64,000 nucleotides of DNA from Lama glama (Eukaryota), in contig CM052816.1 of the NCBI GenBank assembly GCA_028534125.1, positions 39,186,001 through 39,250,000 on the forward strand, written 5' to 3'. The translations under genes were made by a program, and so were the position numbers. Under the pieces are notes generated by a model. The model did not search any database and was not told the origin of the DNA. It worked only from the letters and a program-made list of their open reading frames with translations. Shown here piece by piece: positions 49,570 to 62,551 of the stretch (the stretch's first letter is position 1; each line of letters opens with the position of its first letter).

Positions 49570-52230
49570 ACCCAAATGTGGAAGAAGTATATTTGTCACA
49601 AGAAAATAACCATTACCAGTTGGACAGGGGAAAGTACACAGCAGTCACTTGGTTCAGAGGAATCCCGAAATCCCACTGGGAAGATGTCATGCTTGTTCCC
49701 TGAGTAAACCCTACTTCTGCTTCTTGGGAGGGGGCTTGTTCATTGTTCTTTGTTGGTCTTTTTTTTTTGTAATTATCCTTGTCTACAGAATTAAGGCAGG
49801 CAGATGGAGAATATTTCCTTTTGATGCTTTGAAGTTGTATCAACCTATTTCTTGCCTGTAGAAATTAAGGGACTAAGGGTCATTTTAGCACTCATTCAGT
49901 TATAATCCCTTAGAAGAGGCTAATGGTTTATTTGATAGTGCAGATGTTTCAAACAGTGGTTTCTTACCTAATTGATTCAGGTGAATGTGCCAATAACCAC
50001 ACTCATAGTTTTGCATTATCTTGTCTTTCTTAACCTCCTCTCTCTCTGGACTTAATTAAGCTTATCAGACTTAGTGGGAGAGTTGTACCCTAAGGTACTT
50101 TTCTCTGAAACATACTTTCCAATTAAAAGTATTTGCTCGGGGCTCCTAAATCCATTCAGTGTCATTAACAATGAGCAGGGCCATAGCCTTGATTTTATCC
50201 ATGCCACAGCCTGTTTTAATTGACCTTCGTTGCTCAAAGGCTTTCTGAGTTCTGACTTCTGGAAGATCTTGCAGCAGGTATGGGCAGTGTTTATGGCAGA
50301 CAGGAGGAATGTAGGGAGCCTCTGGCAAGTCTCCTTAGGGAAATCACAGTAAAGACCCTTAGGTTTTTCTAGTAAGACCATGCTTTTCCACCTGAATTAT
50401 TCTCCATTTGAAAAGCAACTCTTGGTTTGCTCCCAGACGCTGGTATGTTAGACATAGACATGATTATGAATATTATGTGACCTGAACTCCCCATCATGAA
50501 GTGTGTGTTGTCTGCTGTAACAAATCGTCAAGTTTGACATGTGAAGTGCCATTCATTGTTAAATGGAATGGTAGAGCTAAGTGGGTTTGAAAGGCACACA
50601 TGACTGTATAGACAAGCATCTCACGCTACTAATCTGCTTGTTTTTATTGACTTGTACTTACCTCTTTTCAAATGGAGAAGGGTTATCATTATAGGCAGAA
50701 GTTAGCATGGCCTTAACTACGAAAACCTAGGTGTCCTTTTCATAAGGATTTCACAGAGTTCCTTATGACTGACTAACACAGGAGCTAGAAATGTAGCCTG
50801 GTTTACAGAGGATGGACAAGGTGTCCTGGCACCCACCAAAGGTGAACATCCCTCAGAAAATAGCCCCAGTCAGGCATGTCCCTAAAAGGCAGTAGTCAGT
50901 GGAAATTCACTTTTGATAGAAGAGAAGTCCTGAGGTACAGGTTTATACTGATTCATGGACAACATTAACAGATAATGTTCTGGCCAGTTAGAAGCTTGGA
51001 AAAAAAACCAAAATGAAAGAGATGTGTAATATGCTTCTGGGCATGGACCTAGAATATAAAGCTGTTTTTGCCACTTGTTAATGCTCACTTGGGCATCCTT
51101 TGTGGAAGACGCTCTCAATCAGGAAGAAAATATGATCTGTCCAGTGAGTGTTAATTAGTATTTTTCCCCAGCCACTGTGGCACTTGTGGAATTGTCCCAC
51201 GTGAAAATCCGCCAGATAGTGTAAGAGAAAGCTAAGCATGGGTTCAAAAACGCCCTTTCGCTCCTCAAGGCTGGTCTAACTACCTCTATTGCAGAATGAT
51301 TGCCTGATTTACCAGCGGCAGGGGCCAGTCCTGATAGCTGCTGGTTGGTTTGACAACATTCCCCAGGGCTAAGCGTATACCCCAGGGCAACCGAAATCTC
51401 TGTCTCCTGGTTGCAGTTTGTTCTCCTGAAATAAATATGTATTCTAGATATGAATTTGTTTTCACTGCCTGCAGTGCTCCTACAGACACTTACAAAATGC
51501 TTTTTTCAGGATTATAACCTACAGTATCACTTCTGATCAAGAAACTTCATTTGCAGCAGAATTATGGTAACAAACTTGTGCTCATGAAATTCACTTGCGC
51601 GTCTTACTAGGTACCCCAACACCCAGAAGCTGCTGACTTGCTAGGATAGTGTCTGTTGCGTTATCAGTTGCAGAATAAGACTTCCTTCTCTATAGAACAT
51701 GGTATATGCGATAGATAAGGCAGAAACCGTTCCGTGTTGCTGGGTTCTCCATAGCCAGAATACCTAGGGTAGTGAACTAGAGAGTAGCAGTGGACTGGTG
51801 CCTCTTGCTACTGTATCTAAAAATTCACTTACATAATTTTTGCTTCCTGCCTTAGTCTTTATACTCAGTAATCAACAGGAAGAGAAGATGGTCACTGAAC
51901 TGGCAGAAGTGATGCATCCTTGTTACCAAGGGGAACTTGGGTTCTTTCTAATCAGTAGCAAAAAGGAATGTATTTTGGACTGAGGGAATTCATCTGGGGG
52001 GTCTCTTATCATCCCCATGCCCTATAGTACTTACTAAAAGGAGAGCTGCGGCAACACGGTAGAGACAGAACAGCTGAAGACGAGTGTAGACTGTAAAATC
52101 CCTCACCAGTCGAAGGTCAGGCAGGAGGTAAGGGAAACGCGACCAGGATAATAGAAAAAGAAGTGATTGTCAGCTCAGGCTTTCTGACCAGCTACAGATG
52201 GAAGATCTGAAGAGCTTGTCAATTGTCCTT
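49570..52230 (+). mobile_element. Decayed ERV-L (class III) internal region: RT/RNase H, integrase and dUTPase remnants
   Basis: Manual translation gives NYSPFEKQLLVC (50395-430), AWFTEDG (50796-816), YTDSW (50944-58), SITSDQ (51523-40), Y*VPQHPEAADLL (51605-43) and LAEVMHPCYQGELGFFL (51900-50); many stops and frameshifts. Confidence 0.85.
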
Positions 52231-52234
52231 TTGT

Positions 52235-52592
52235 TTTAGTAGCATAAGTCCCATGGACTACATTGCCATGCATTTTTGCCTTTTGGCTTCTGGTTGGGTT
52301 CAGTCAATGGGAGTTTGCACACTGGGAAGAAGGAGGCTGTCCTGTATATTTCCCTGGTGAGCTCCCCAGCAGAGCAGGTGTGGAGGCTGCCTTGTGCCTC
52401 TACCTAAGTCCACGTTCTTGCAGGGTTCCAATAACCGCCTAGTGGTGGTAGCACCTGCTGTTTGTCCCCTTAACTCTGCTTTTGTTAAAAAAAAAAAAAC
52501 CCACCCATGAAATAATCCACATCCATACAAAAATATTAAATTTTCTTCACTTACCTCTTTTGTCTCTGTCCTGCTGCAACTTTAACTCATAT
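52235..52592 (+). mobile_element. ERV-L 3' LTR (LTR33-like)
   Basis: gccttttggcttctggttgggttcagtcaatgggag.. resembles LTR33-family LTRs and directly follows the ERV-L internal region. Confidence 0.65.
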
Positions 52593-53119
52593 GTAAAAAT
52601 ATCTATATACATATCCAAATTGAATCTTTGAAGAAATATTTTAAGTTCCTCCTTCCAAATGACTGCTGTTTTGGAGTGAAATTGTGCTAATACTTCATAA
52701 CAAATTGGGGAACTCTTTATTTTCTTCTCTATACTAGAACAATTTAAATAACATATAAGGATTGATTGTTGTTGATTGAGCTTTGATATCTGTTCTCCAG
52801 AAAAATCATTTCAGGTAGGTTGATTTTTGAGTTTCATTTTTGATTCCCATTTCAATTTATTCCAGAATATAGCTTCATATGTCATTTATAATTAATATTT
52901 TTATTTTAAGAGATTTTCAAATTTCTTGATATATGCTTATATATTGAATTTTCTAATGTTTAAAAATTTTTTTATACATTTGTGGTCATTCCTATTATAT
53001 TCATGGTATTAAATTCTGTTTTTCTTCTCTTTTAATGTAACAATGGCCTGTTAGGTCGAGGGTGTGTATTTTAGAGAAGATGAAGAGATTGTTAGATCTT
53101 ATATCAAAAGTTTTTGTCT

Positions 53120-53157
53120 CAGGAACGGGGGATATTGCTCATTGGTAGAGTGCATGC
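53120..53157 (+). pseudogene. Tailless tRNA-Ala 5'-half retropseudogene
   Basis: ggggatattgctcattggtagagtgcatgc (53128-57) versus tRNA-Ala GGGGATGTAGCTCAGTGGTAGAGCGCATGC (4 mismatches). 14-bp TSD aaaagtttttgtct / aaaagtttatgtct; no poly(A). Confidence 0.8.
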
Positions 53158-53479
53158 AAAAGTTTATGTCTTTTTATCTTGCTAGTAAGAAGCCCTTATA
53201 GAAATGTTTTGAATTCACATCCCTCATTATTTAAGTAACCAATTAATTTTATTTTATGTCACCATTAACCATGAAATGAATCTGTTAAAAGTTCTTAGGC
53301 TCTTTGAAGTTAATCTAATGGTTTACTCATGTGTAGATGAGGAAAGTAATAGTATCTCTTGCATGGGACTTTCCTGAGGATGAGATAAGATAATGTGTGC
53401 CAGTGAAGGACCTTGTATAAGATAAGCAGTCAGTAAACATCACTATTATTATTATTGCTGTTAACGTAAATGAAGATAA

Positions 53480-53990
53480 GATAAAAGTGAGGCATGGTAA
53501 TCAAGAACCCAGTGAGTCATACAGGTTTATAGTCACTGAATGAAGAAAGACACTAGTAAATGCAGAAAGAATCTCCTTTGGGCAACTCAGGAGAGGACTT
53601 TTAACTAGAAGTAGAATTTTAGCTGGGCTAAACAATGAGTATGATAGCAGTAGGAAAAGCATATGGTACGTCATTATAGACAAGAAATGTATTATTGAAT
53701 GCTTTTTATGTTTTAAACTTGATGACTGAAAAATGGATGTTATGAACAGATAATGGAAAAATCAAGTAGAGAAGTTGGTTTTCCGAGAAAGATTATGAAT
53801 TTTGTCTTAGACATTTGAGGTAGAAATTTGTCATTAGAAATATAGCTCTGGTGCATAAGACATATTGAAAGTTCAAAATTGAGATTTGAAGTCCTCTTCA
53901 CAGTTTCCACATCCATCACAGTGGATGTTTATTCCAAAGGAGATGGGTATTAAGAAAGAAGATGTAGAGCAAAATCCTGAAGTTTGGCAC
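53480..53990 (-). mobile_element. LINE-2 fragment (preceded by a MIR piece at ~53340-53460)
   Basis: L2-like atgaattttgtcttagacatttgagg..gagatttgaagtc. Confidence 0.55.
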
Positions 53991-54121
53991 TAGGAATCAT
54001 TAAGTGATCATTGATAATACTGACCCTTTAAGATTTAAGTCTGTCTGTATAGGGTTACATTTAAAATTTTTATTTACCTAGGGTTGTTTTGTTTCACTTG
54101 ACACCTTTATCATACTTCAAA

Positions 54122-54385
54122 CCAGTATTTTTCAAAAGTGTGTTTTATGGAACACTAGTTCTGTGAGATGTTAAACATTAATGGAGAAGGAAAGTAACTT
54201 GAATATATGATAGATGTTGTGTAAAACTATATCATGTTACATATAAATGCATGCGTATTAATCTAAGAGGAGAGGTGCAGTAATAGAGTACAGTGTTTCC
54301 CAAACTGATTTGACCAAAGCACCCTTTTGCTCATGGAAATTCTCAGAAGCCTAGGGTTCCATAAATTACACTCGGGGACATCTTG
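54122..54385. mobile_element. hAT-Charlie-like DNA transposon fragment
   Basis: cagtatttttcaaaagtgtgttttatggaacactagtt..cagtgtttcccaaactgatttgacc; a similar relic lies at ~45820-46090. Confidence 0.55.
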
Positions 54386-54583
54386 CTTTATAACTCTTTA
54401 GATGAGGGTTCAGCTCATTATGTTATAGCTCAAAGATCATGGAGAATACATGGGAGGATCAGAAGACTAGGAATCTGGTTATTGGGCTATGCAAAATCTG
54501 ACAATGCATAGGGTGTGACTTTGGGCTGCAGTTTCTTCATTTGTAAAACAATTGCAGAAAGTTAATGTAAAGATTAGGCTAGG

Positions 54584-54724
54584 TAGGGAAGAAGGTAGTG
54601 TGTACTTAGCATGAACAAGGTCCTGGGTTCAATCCTTAGTACTCCATTTAAAATAAATATATAAATAACCTAATCCCCCCCATTAAAAAAATTAAAAAAC
54701 TATTTAAAAAATAAAAGTAAAGAT
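54584..54724 (+). mobile_element. Second tRNA-Ala-derived SINE (internally deleted head), inserted in a MIR
   Basis: cttagcatgaacaaggtcctgggttcaatcc plus a tail shared with the 48408 copy (aacctaat..cccccc). Flank repeat gattaggctagg at 54572-83 and 54725-36. Confidence 0.85.
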
Positions 54725-57700
54725 GATTAGGCTAGGAAATGTATGTGAAAGCTTTGAGTATTGAGAAGCATTGTAAAGTCCAACTGTGGTTATATAGTCT
54801 TTTTCCTCCTGAACAATACAATGTAAGTAAAATAGGATAGATTTCATTTCAGTGAAAGATTACTGTGTTATTTTTCCCAAGGTGCCATTGATATTTGTGA
54901 CTTCAGTTGAACATTACATTTATAGGAATTTCTTATCTTATATTCTTATATTATTTAAGTACTCAGTGGCCTTTGTCCACCTCTTTTTCCTGAAATAATT
55001 TAGAATTACCCGTGACACTGGATATACAATATCCAGCTCACATTTTCTACAAAGAATATTCTTAAGAGTCCATATGTTTATGCAATTTGAAGTGTCTCTT
55101 CAAAGTCCAGTCGAAGCTTTGTCTTGGTATTAACTGTTGATGTCATGTTTCCCTGGCATCCAGTTATGAAGATTGAAGTATAAAAGATATACATACATAT
55201 TTTTACATTTTAGGGACATTTTCTTAAATTATATTTTTGAGTATTTTGTTTCAGGATGTTCTGTTTTTTTCCCTCTGATACTTCAGTTATGAGTATATAT
55301 GATCTCCTTTGGCCACCTTAAATACTTAACATTCTTCTGCCTTTTTTCTTGATCATTCATTTTACTCACTTTTAAAATTTCTATATCCTGTGCCCATCAC
55401 TGTGTTTTCTCAGTCTATGCACCCTTGTGGCCCTTTCAGTTTTACCTTCCTTTCTATGGAGTTTCAGCTTTTCCCTTTTATTTTTTTCCTGAGTTCTGCT
55501 AGCACATGTCTCATCTCTTCTTTCTTTTTCTTTTCCTTTTTCTTTTGTTTTTTTTTAGGTGTCCCTGAAAAGGGCTTTCATCTCCTCTTTTTCTCTCACC
55601 ACTTCTTTACTAAGTTATTTCATTTCTGCTTTGCCATAAAGATGCAATGTGTGTTCGCATTTTTCACCTGCTCTGTGAAAATATTTTTGTGGTCAGTGTT
55701 CTAATTTTAATTTTAATAAAAGTAATTTCCTCTTTTTTCTTACAACATCTTTGTGTGGGTGCTGTAGTAGGCTTTTTTTGGAAATCACTTTATTGGCTCA
55801 GCTAGTTCCCACTGGAGGTGAGTGATCAGGCCAGCCTCCCTGGCGGGTTGGTGGCAAAGGCTCTCTCAGCTGTTCAGTTCCCACAAATATAGACCTGAAT
55901 TGTCTGTGCGATTCCTTGTGCTGCCTCTTCCCACCCACCCTCTCTATTTTTATGAACCAAAGCAGCCCAAGAATTCCCTGATGCCACCTGTCTTATCTCC
56001 TGTTCCTACGTCAATTGTCTCAGGCAACGGAAGTCTGGACTTCAGAGTGTTGCTCCTCACCTTCAAGAAGAGGGTTTTTTTTCTCTCCTGATTTCTCTAA
56101 TCAGACTGGGCAAGAGCAGTCCTACCCTAAGCCCTGTGCTTAGAGGGACCCATATCACAGACACTGAAACTCAAAGATAATTTGTTTTTTCTCTTTAAAG
56201 TTTTGTAAGGAAGGTTTTTGGAAGATTGGTAACAGGATAAGTGAACAGGTTCTACGTTCTAGGAGAGGAATGTAGGAGTGAGCTACACTCTCCAGGCCAC
56301 AGGGTGCTGTGTAGACTTGGGGATGGCCAAGTTTAAACCAAGATAACAGCTCTTTCTCCTTCTCCAGGGCAGTGGCTAAGAGATGGGAGGTGGAGCCAGT
56401 GAAGGAAAAGCACAGCCCTTCCTTGAGAAGAGAGGAAGAGAGGTTGATTTTGATTAAAATTAGCTGCCTCACAGTACCTGTTGCAGGTAACTAGGGAGAC
56501 CAGGTGCCCGCAAAACTGTGCTTCTCAGGGGGCATGGGCGCCTCCTGGAAATACTGTCAGAAAACTGTGGCGGGGAGTGGAGTCCCATCTCAGGCTGCAG
56601 GATCCTTCCCTGCCTCTGGCAGCAGGAAACCGTGGTTCCTTTCCACTTACAGGTTCTGAAGGGAAGTGCCTGGGGAGGAGCAGGCCGTGGGCCTCAGTGT
56701 GAGAGTGAGCTTGATATTTAACTTCTAAATATTCTGTTATGTGAATTTTCTTTTGTTCTTTTACCTATTTACCTTCAGTTCCTGCACATGTTAGTGGGTA
56801 GGAATGGACCCTGGTTTGTTCATTAAGTGAAATTCTAAGCCTTTTAACTGGCAAGCTTCCTCTATGTTCATAAATAATGTAGACGCTCCCTCTTGTGGTG
56901 TATTGTCAAATCACATGCTTTTAAATTGGTGTTTTAAGTGTTTCCCTTAGAAGTTTTTTGATTTCCCATTACAAGTTGAAATTCAAGGTTCAAATAGTTT
57001 CCTCAACTATTAATACCACAGAATTTACATAATAGGTAAATCTGGCTAGCTTGTTAAGCTGTGTTATAACAGATGCGATTTAATAAATTACTTGATAATT
57101 CTTGAGGTTCTCAGGGTGCATCTTTGAATTCAGTATTTTATGGTAGGCAAAAATATACCCTCTGGTAGTTGTTTGTTTGTTTGTTTTTCTAGGAATTGTT
57201 AATGTTAAATATTTATCTTTTGCCTTTATATATGCATAACAGCTTGGCTGAGCATAAAATTTCTGAGGCACATTATCTTTCATTGATTATTTTTTATCAT
57301 TCCTTTACTGTCTTTATGGGATTAATGTTGCTTTAGAGAAATCAGATGTCAACTAAATGTTTTTTTATTTCTCTCTGCCTAAATCACTATCTTTCCTGAC
57401 TGCTCAAAGAACTCTTTCTTTGTCTTTAAAATCCAGTCACTTTACAAGGGAATGTCTTGTTGAAAGTCCTGCATCAAAATTTCCAGGCACGTTCTATGCT
57501 TTTTTAAATTATAGATCAGTCTTCATTTATTTCAGGACAGTTTCCTAAATGTTACCTTTGAATATATATATATTTTCTGTTCTGTTGTTTCTGTCTATGT
57601 TTGATTTCGTTTGTCTGGATATCATTTCTATAATTTTCTCTCTAATCTTTTAAGTCTCAGTTTTTGTTCATTTGATTTTGTTCATATTTCTCAAGCCTAT

Positions 57701-58029
57701 TCTGTCTGTCCTTGTAATTCCCATAATCTTTGTTCTCTCTTTCCCATTGCAGTGTGACTTTTATTTATATGATAGTTTTCATTTTTATTTCATGTCTTTC
57801 CAGAGTTCTTTTATCCCATTTTTTTCTTTTTTTAAATCCTGTATCTCGCCACATTTATGAGCTTATTAAATCCCCGTTTTCAACTTTGATTTTAAGAAGC
57901 AATTGTTCTTATCATTTTTTTAAGTATGGAAATATGGTAATTGTCCTATGCATTTGCTTTTCATTTTTGGGTATTATTTACTTTTGAATAATATGAATTC
58001 TAACTTGGCCAGCTTTTTGTAAGATGTTT

Positions 58030-58660
58030 ATATTCAATTTCTATTGCTGCATGACATATTTTACAAACTTAACGACTTGAAAAAGCACAAATACGTTATC
58101 TTACCATCTCCATAGATCAATAGGCTGGCACAGCTCTGGGTTCTCTTGCTCAGAGTCTCAAACTCAGTGTCTGCTGCCGCGTTCTCATTTGAAACTGTAA
58201 AAAAGAATTCTTTTCCAAGCTTATTAAACTGTTTTGAAGTATCAGTTTCTTGGAATTGTTGAACTGATTCCTATTTCCTTGACAGTTTTCAGTAGGGCCT
58301 TCTCTCAGCTTCTAGACGCTCCCCACATTCCTTGGCACATGGTCCTCTCCATCTTCAAAGCCAGGAAGACTTGATAGAATCATTTTGCTTCAGATTTCTC
58401 TGATTTTCACTGCTGCTGTCCGCCAGAGAAAACCTCTGCTTTTAAAGGGCTCGCATGGTTAGATTATTGAGCACAAGCAGATAATCTCTTTTCTGGTTAA
58501 TTCAAAACCAACTGATTAGTAACTTAAGTTAATTGCTAAGATTAAATTCCTCTGCAAGATCCCTTTGCCATTGTAACATAATCAGAGGTGTGATATTGTC
58601 ATATTCACAGTCCCAGGAATTAGGGTGGGGAATCTTGGGTACCATCTTAGAGTCCCGCAT
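58030..58660 (-). mobile_element. MaLR LTR (MLT1-type), antisense
   Basis: tttctattgctgc..acaaacttaacgacttga..ccccacattccttggcacatggtcctctccatcttcaaagcca..ccatcttaga. Confidence 0.8.
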
Positions 58661-59703
58661 GAAATAATATGCATGTAGGAAAGGGACTAGAACTCTGTTC
58701 TGGACAAGTGGGGATTCTCTTTGGTTGAGACAGATGTTCCTTATGAATAAGTAGGTTCTTTAGCTTTTACTTCCCCATATAGAAAGAATGCTGTTCAGAT
58801 TTAGTATCTTTCTCTGGTATCTCTCCTCTATGACATACTGTTCTTTGTTCTGCCCCATCTTGCTTGCTTCTCAGTGACACTGGGTAGACAAGTATCCTTC
58901 ATATAGGAGGTTCACATGTATTTCTTAGTGTATTTAGTTTATTTTTCATGTCATACGTTGGTTTTTCTTCCATCACATCACCTAGCTTAACGTATGTGAA
59001 GCCTCCTGATTTTTCGGTGTATTATTTTTTGTCTCTTTTTAAATTAATTTTGTATCTTACTACTTTACTAAATTCCCTTATTATTTTTAATAGCTTTTCC
59101 ATTGGTTCTGGAACCAATTCAGTGTTGCAAAAAGACAGTTATAATTTCTGCAAATAGAGATGATTTTACCTCTTGATTTCCAATTCACAGGCCCCTAGTT
59201 CCTTTCTTTTTCCCTCTAGTACAATATGAAAAGCTGCAGAGATAGTGCATATCCTTGTTTGACTCCTGCTTTTAGCAATCTGTATGTGTGCATATATTGT
59301 GCATGTATGTATACACACTTATATACTCATATTTGATCATCTTAAAGAAATATCTATTCTAGTTTTATGTTGATAATTTAATTTGGTTGACATCAGTTAT
59401 CTACTTAAAATCTAAGATAGTGGTTATTTGATTTTTCTAATTAGATCTAATATGTTAAATTTTAATAGACTTCTTTATGTGCTTTTTAAAAAGTCATGAT
59501 GTATGTTTTAATATGTTGTTGGATGTTATTGCTAATATTTTGTTTATTTTTTACAGTGATATTTATGTAGGAGATTGGTCTGTGGTTTTCTTTGTTATTA
59601 ATCTTTTTCACTTGTTATTATCAATTTGTACTCAATTAACAAAAATATTTGGTAATTTTTAATCCTGTTTCTATGTTCTGAAATAATTTAAGTAGCATTA
59701 GGC

Positions 59704-59770
59704 TTATTATTATTATTATTATTATTATTGTTGTTGTTATTACTATTACTATTATCATCATCTTATTATT
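59704..59770. repeat. Compound trinucleotide microsatellite (TTA/TTG/CTA/TCA)
   Basis: ttattattattattattattattattgttgttgttattactattactattatcatcatc. Confidence 0.95.
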
Positions 59771-62368
59771 TAATATATAAAGTTTTGGTAAAATCAATTT
59801 CTGAAATATCTGGTCTTGGGTATTAACTGATTTTAAACTTTATTTGCTAGAAATTTGCTTGAAGTAGTCTTTTGTGATTGTTTTGAAAAGTTTCTTTACA
59901 TTTCACTTCCTTTTTTCATGTACTATTTGTGTGTATGTAATTTCATTTTTAATTATGTTAGATAGTGGTTTACTTTACTGATTATTTCAAAGGATTTACT
60001 TTTGTGAACTTTTAAAATGAATACATTTTATTAATCAGATTTCTATTCACTTGTTAATCCCTTATTGTTTTTATTAGAGATACCTCTTAATTGCTTGCTT
60101 TTTTCTGTATTTTCTTTCCCTAAGCATTCTTTTGCATGTTGTTTTCTCCATAGATATTCTATGATAGTCATTTAGCCCCAGTGGTGGTAGTGCTGGGCAC
60201 ACCTCATTAATGTGTGTTTTATTTTTATATCTTTTTTATTTTGGCTTCCTTTTTTTTGGAGTTCTTTTTTGTTTGAATGAGGTGCTTTTGCTACAAATAC
60301 TACTTTATTTATAGAATATAAATTTTGATGTGGATTGTTTCTAGTATCATCATTCCTGAGAAATTTTGGAATTATGATTTTTTGATCCAAGAATAATTTA
60401 ATATAGTTTTTAATTTTTTTGAATCCAGGTAGAAGGGCCTTTTCATTTTCTGTTGTCTTACAAATTTCTAGGCCCCCCCCCCCCCAGTTTGGTCATAGAA
60501 TGTTATTGTTATTTACTCTTTGGAATGTATACAGGTATTTTTGTATCATAATATTTGGTCTTTTTTTTTTAAGAATTGTCCATGGAATCTAAAAATAGAA
60601 GGCACAGTTTTACTGGAGACTAGGATTTGACTTGTTTTCCTAAATTCAGTGGTGCTAATTATATTGTTTAGATATTCTCTATCCGTGCTTATCTTTAGCA
60701 ATTTGCTATCTTAGACTTAGAAAGATGAAAATTAAAATCTGCTGTTTTAATTTTGTTGTCTATTCTTGTATTTCTGGTAGTATATGTTTAATTAAAATTG
60801 GTGCTGTATATTATGTTTATTTATATTTATTTATTTATTTATTATTTCTATGAAAGTTTAAGCCTTTGTTTATAATTGGTTGTTTTATAGTTTAAAAATT
60901 TTTTTTAGTAAACTTGCTTTTTTAGAACAGTTTTAGATATACAAAAAATTGTGAAGATATAGTTTCCATATACACCCTAACCATTTTGACCTATTATTAA
61001 TATTAACGTCTTTCTTTGTGTGCTACATTTCTTATGATCAATGGACTAATATTGATACATCATGTATTAATGTTTACACTTGTTAGCTGAAGTCAGAACA
61101 GTAAACCCAGAGTACATGTGTGTATGTTCAGTTTTGCAATCTATCAAATAATAACAGATTGTTAGTCTAATCTATTACTTCCAGGAAAGTGAATATTGAA
61201 ATCAAGAATTATAGTTCAAATGCCTAATATGACCAGAGAAGTATCACAAATAATTGCAGACCTACCCTAGTGATAAATAACAAATTAAGAGGTTGATGCC
61301 AAAATAGCCATCAACCTCTTATAACATGAATATACACAGTGTTATAGGGTGTATCTTAAGTACAAAATTTTTAAAATACATTTTTATGCATAGAATTTGC
61401 ATCTGAAAATTTGATGACCAAGAACAGTTAAAGAATCTTCAGGATTGGTGCTTTGGGGGCCTGAGGTCTCATCAGTCAGAAAAAAAATAAATCTTGATCT
61501 AATATCAAGGAAATAAAAACAGAATTAGCTGAGAGCATTGTTAAAATGCAAATTCCTGGATACTACACCAGATTCAAAGGGAAAGGGTTGGAAATATATT
61601 TTTTTAACAAGCCTCTTAGTTCATTAATGTTATATAATGAGTTTAGGAAATATGGATTTACTATCACAACCAGGCTTTGAATGTGATTTTAAAAAAGATT
61701 TTAATCAAATCTTGAAGATAACCATTTTTTCTTAGAAGATATTCCAAAAAATATCCTAGGGACCCAAAGAGTGCTTCAAAAAATAAACTTAATAAAATAG
61801 TTTGAGCTGTAAAAAAGAAGTAGACCCAACTTCCAAATATTACTAATTTGTAGTGAGTATTGAGAATTATGGTTTGGGCCAAAATGTCCTATAATCTAGG
61901 TACATTTTTCAAATTTGTTAAAGATGTTGATTGATAAAATTAATATGGTGGTCAGATTGTATTTATGACTTGGAAAAAAAAAATCAGGTCTACTGGGTTT
62001 TTTTCTCCTTAGTCTGAAAACCCTTCTCCCCTGGCACCATTTGATTCAATTGTGTCTACATTAATTTACCTGAAAATTTGTTAATTTTGCTTCTTAAAGT
62101 AATGTTTCTCAGTTTTGTTCTATGTTTTCTAAATTTTGGTGTGGTTAATATTTCATAAATTTTCTTTAATAAAATATATTTTAATGTATTTATACATATA
62201 GTATATATATATTTTTAATAATGTATTTAATTAGTATAGTTTAAGTATAGTCAAAATGAAGTGATTGGAAGAAATAAGGAAGGTTATGTTAGGCAAGTGT
62301 AATTTATAAGATATTTAAATTATTAGCTAAATTTTGATAAATTCACAATTTAATTTTTTTCCACAAAG

Positions 62369-62551
62369 ATACTTGCGTAACACCAAAGAATAGAACCAGT
62401 TGTACCACTTCAAGTTCTTCACTTTTCAACTACTTGTATGTCTTTATTTTGGGACAACTGTTGCTGGGAGTAGGAGGAACTCCTCTGTATACTCTGGGAA
62501 CAGCCTTCATTGATGATTCTGTGCCCACACACAAATCTTCTCTCTATATAG
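62369..62551 (+). CDS. SLCO4C1: SLCO4C1 coding exon 3
   Basis: Acceptor tttttttccacaaAG. Reads (D)TCVTPKNRTSCTTSSSSLFNYLYVFILGQLLLGVGGTPLYTLGTAFIDDSVPTHKSSLYI. Donor G|GTAAGT; 183 nt, phase 1-1; contains an NRT glycosylation sequon. Confidence 0.97.

Noticed and set aside
60473..60485. Homopolymer C/G runs (also ~35767 and ~37549) as G-quadruplexes
   Set aside because: Isolated single runs whose lengths are prone to sequencing error; no further support.
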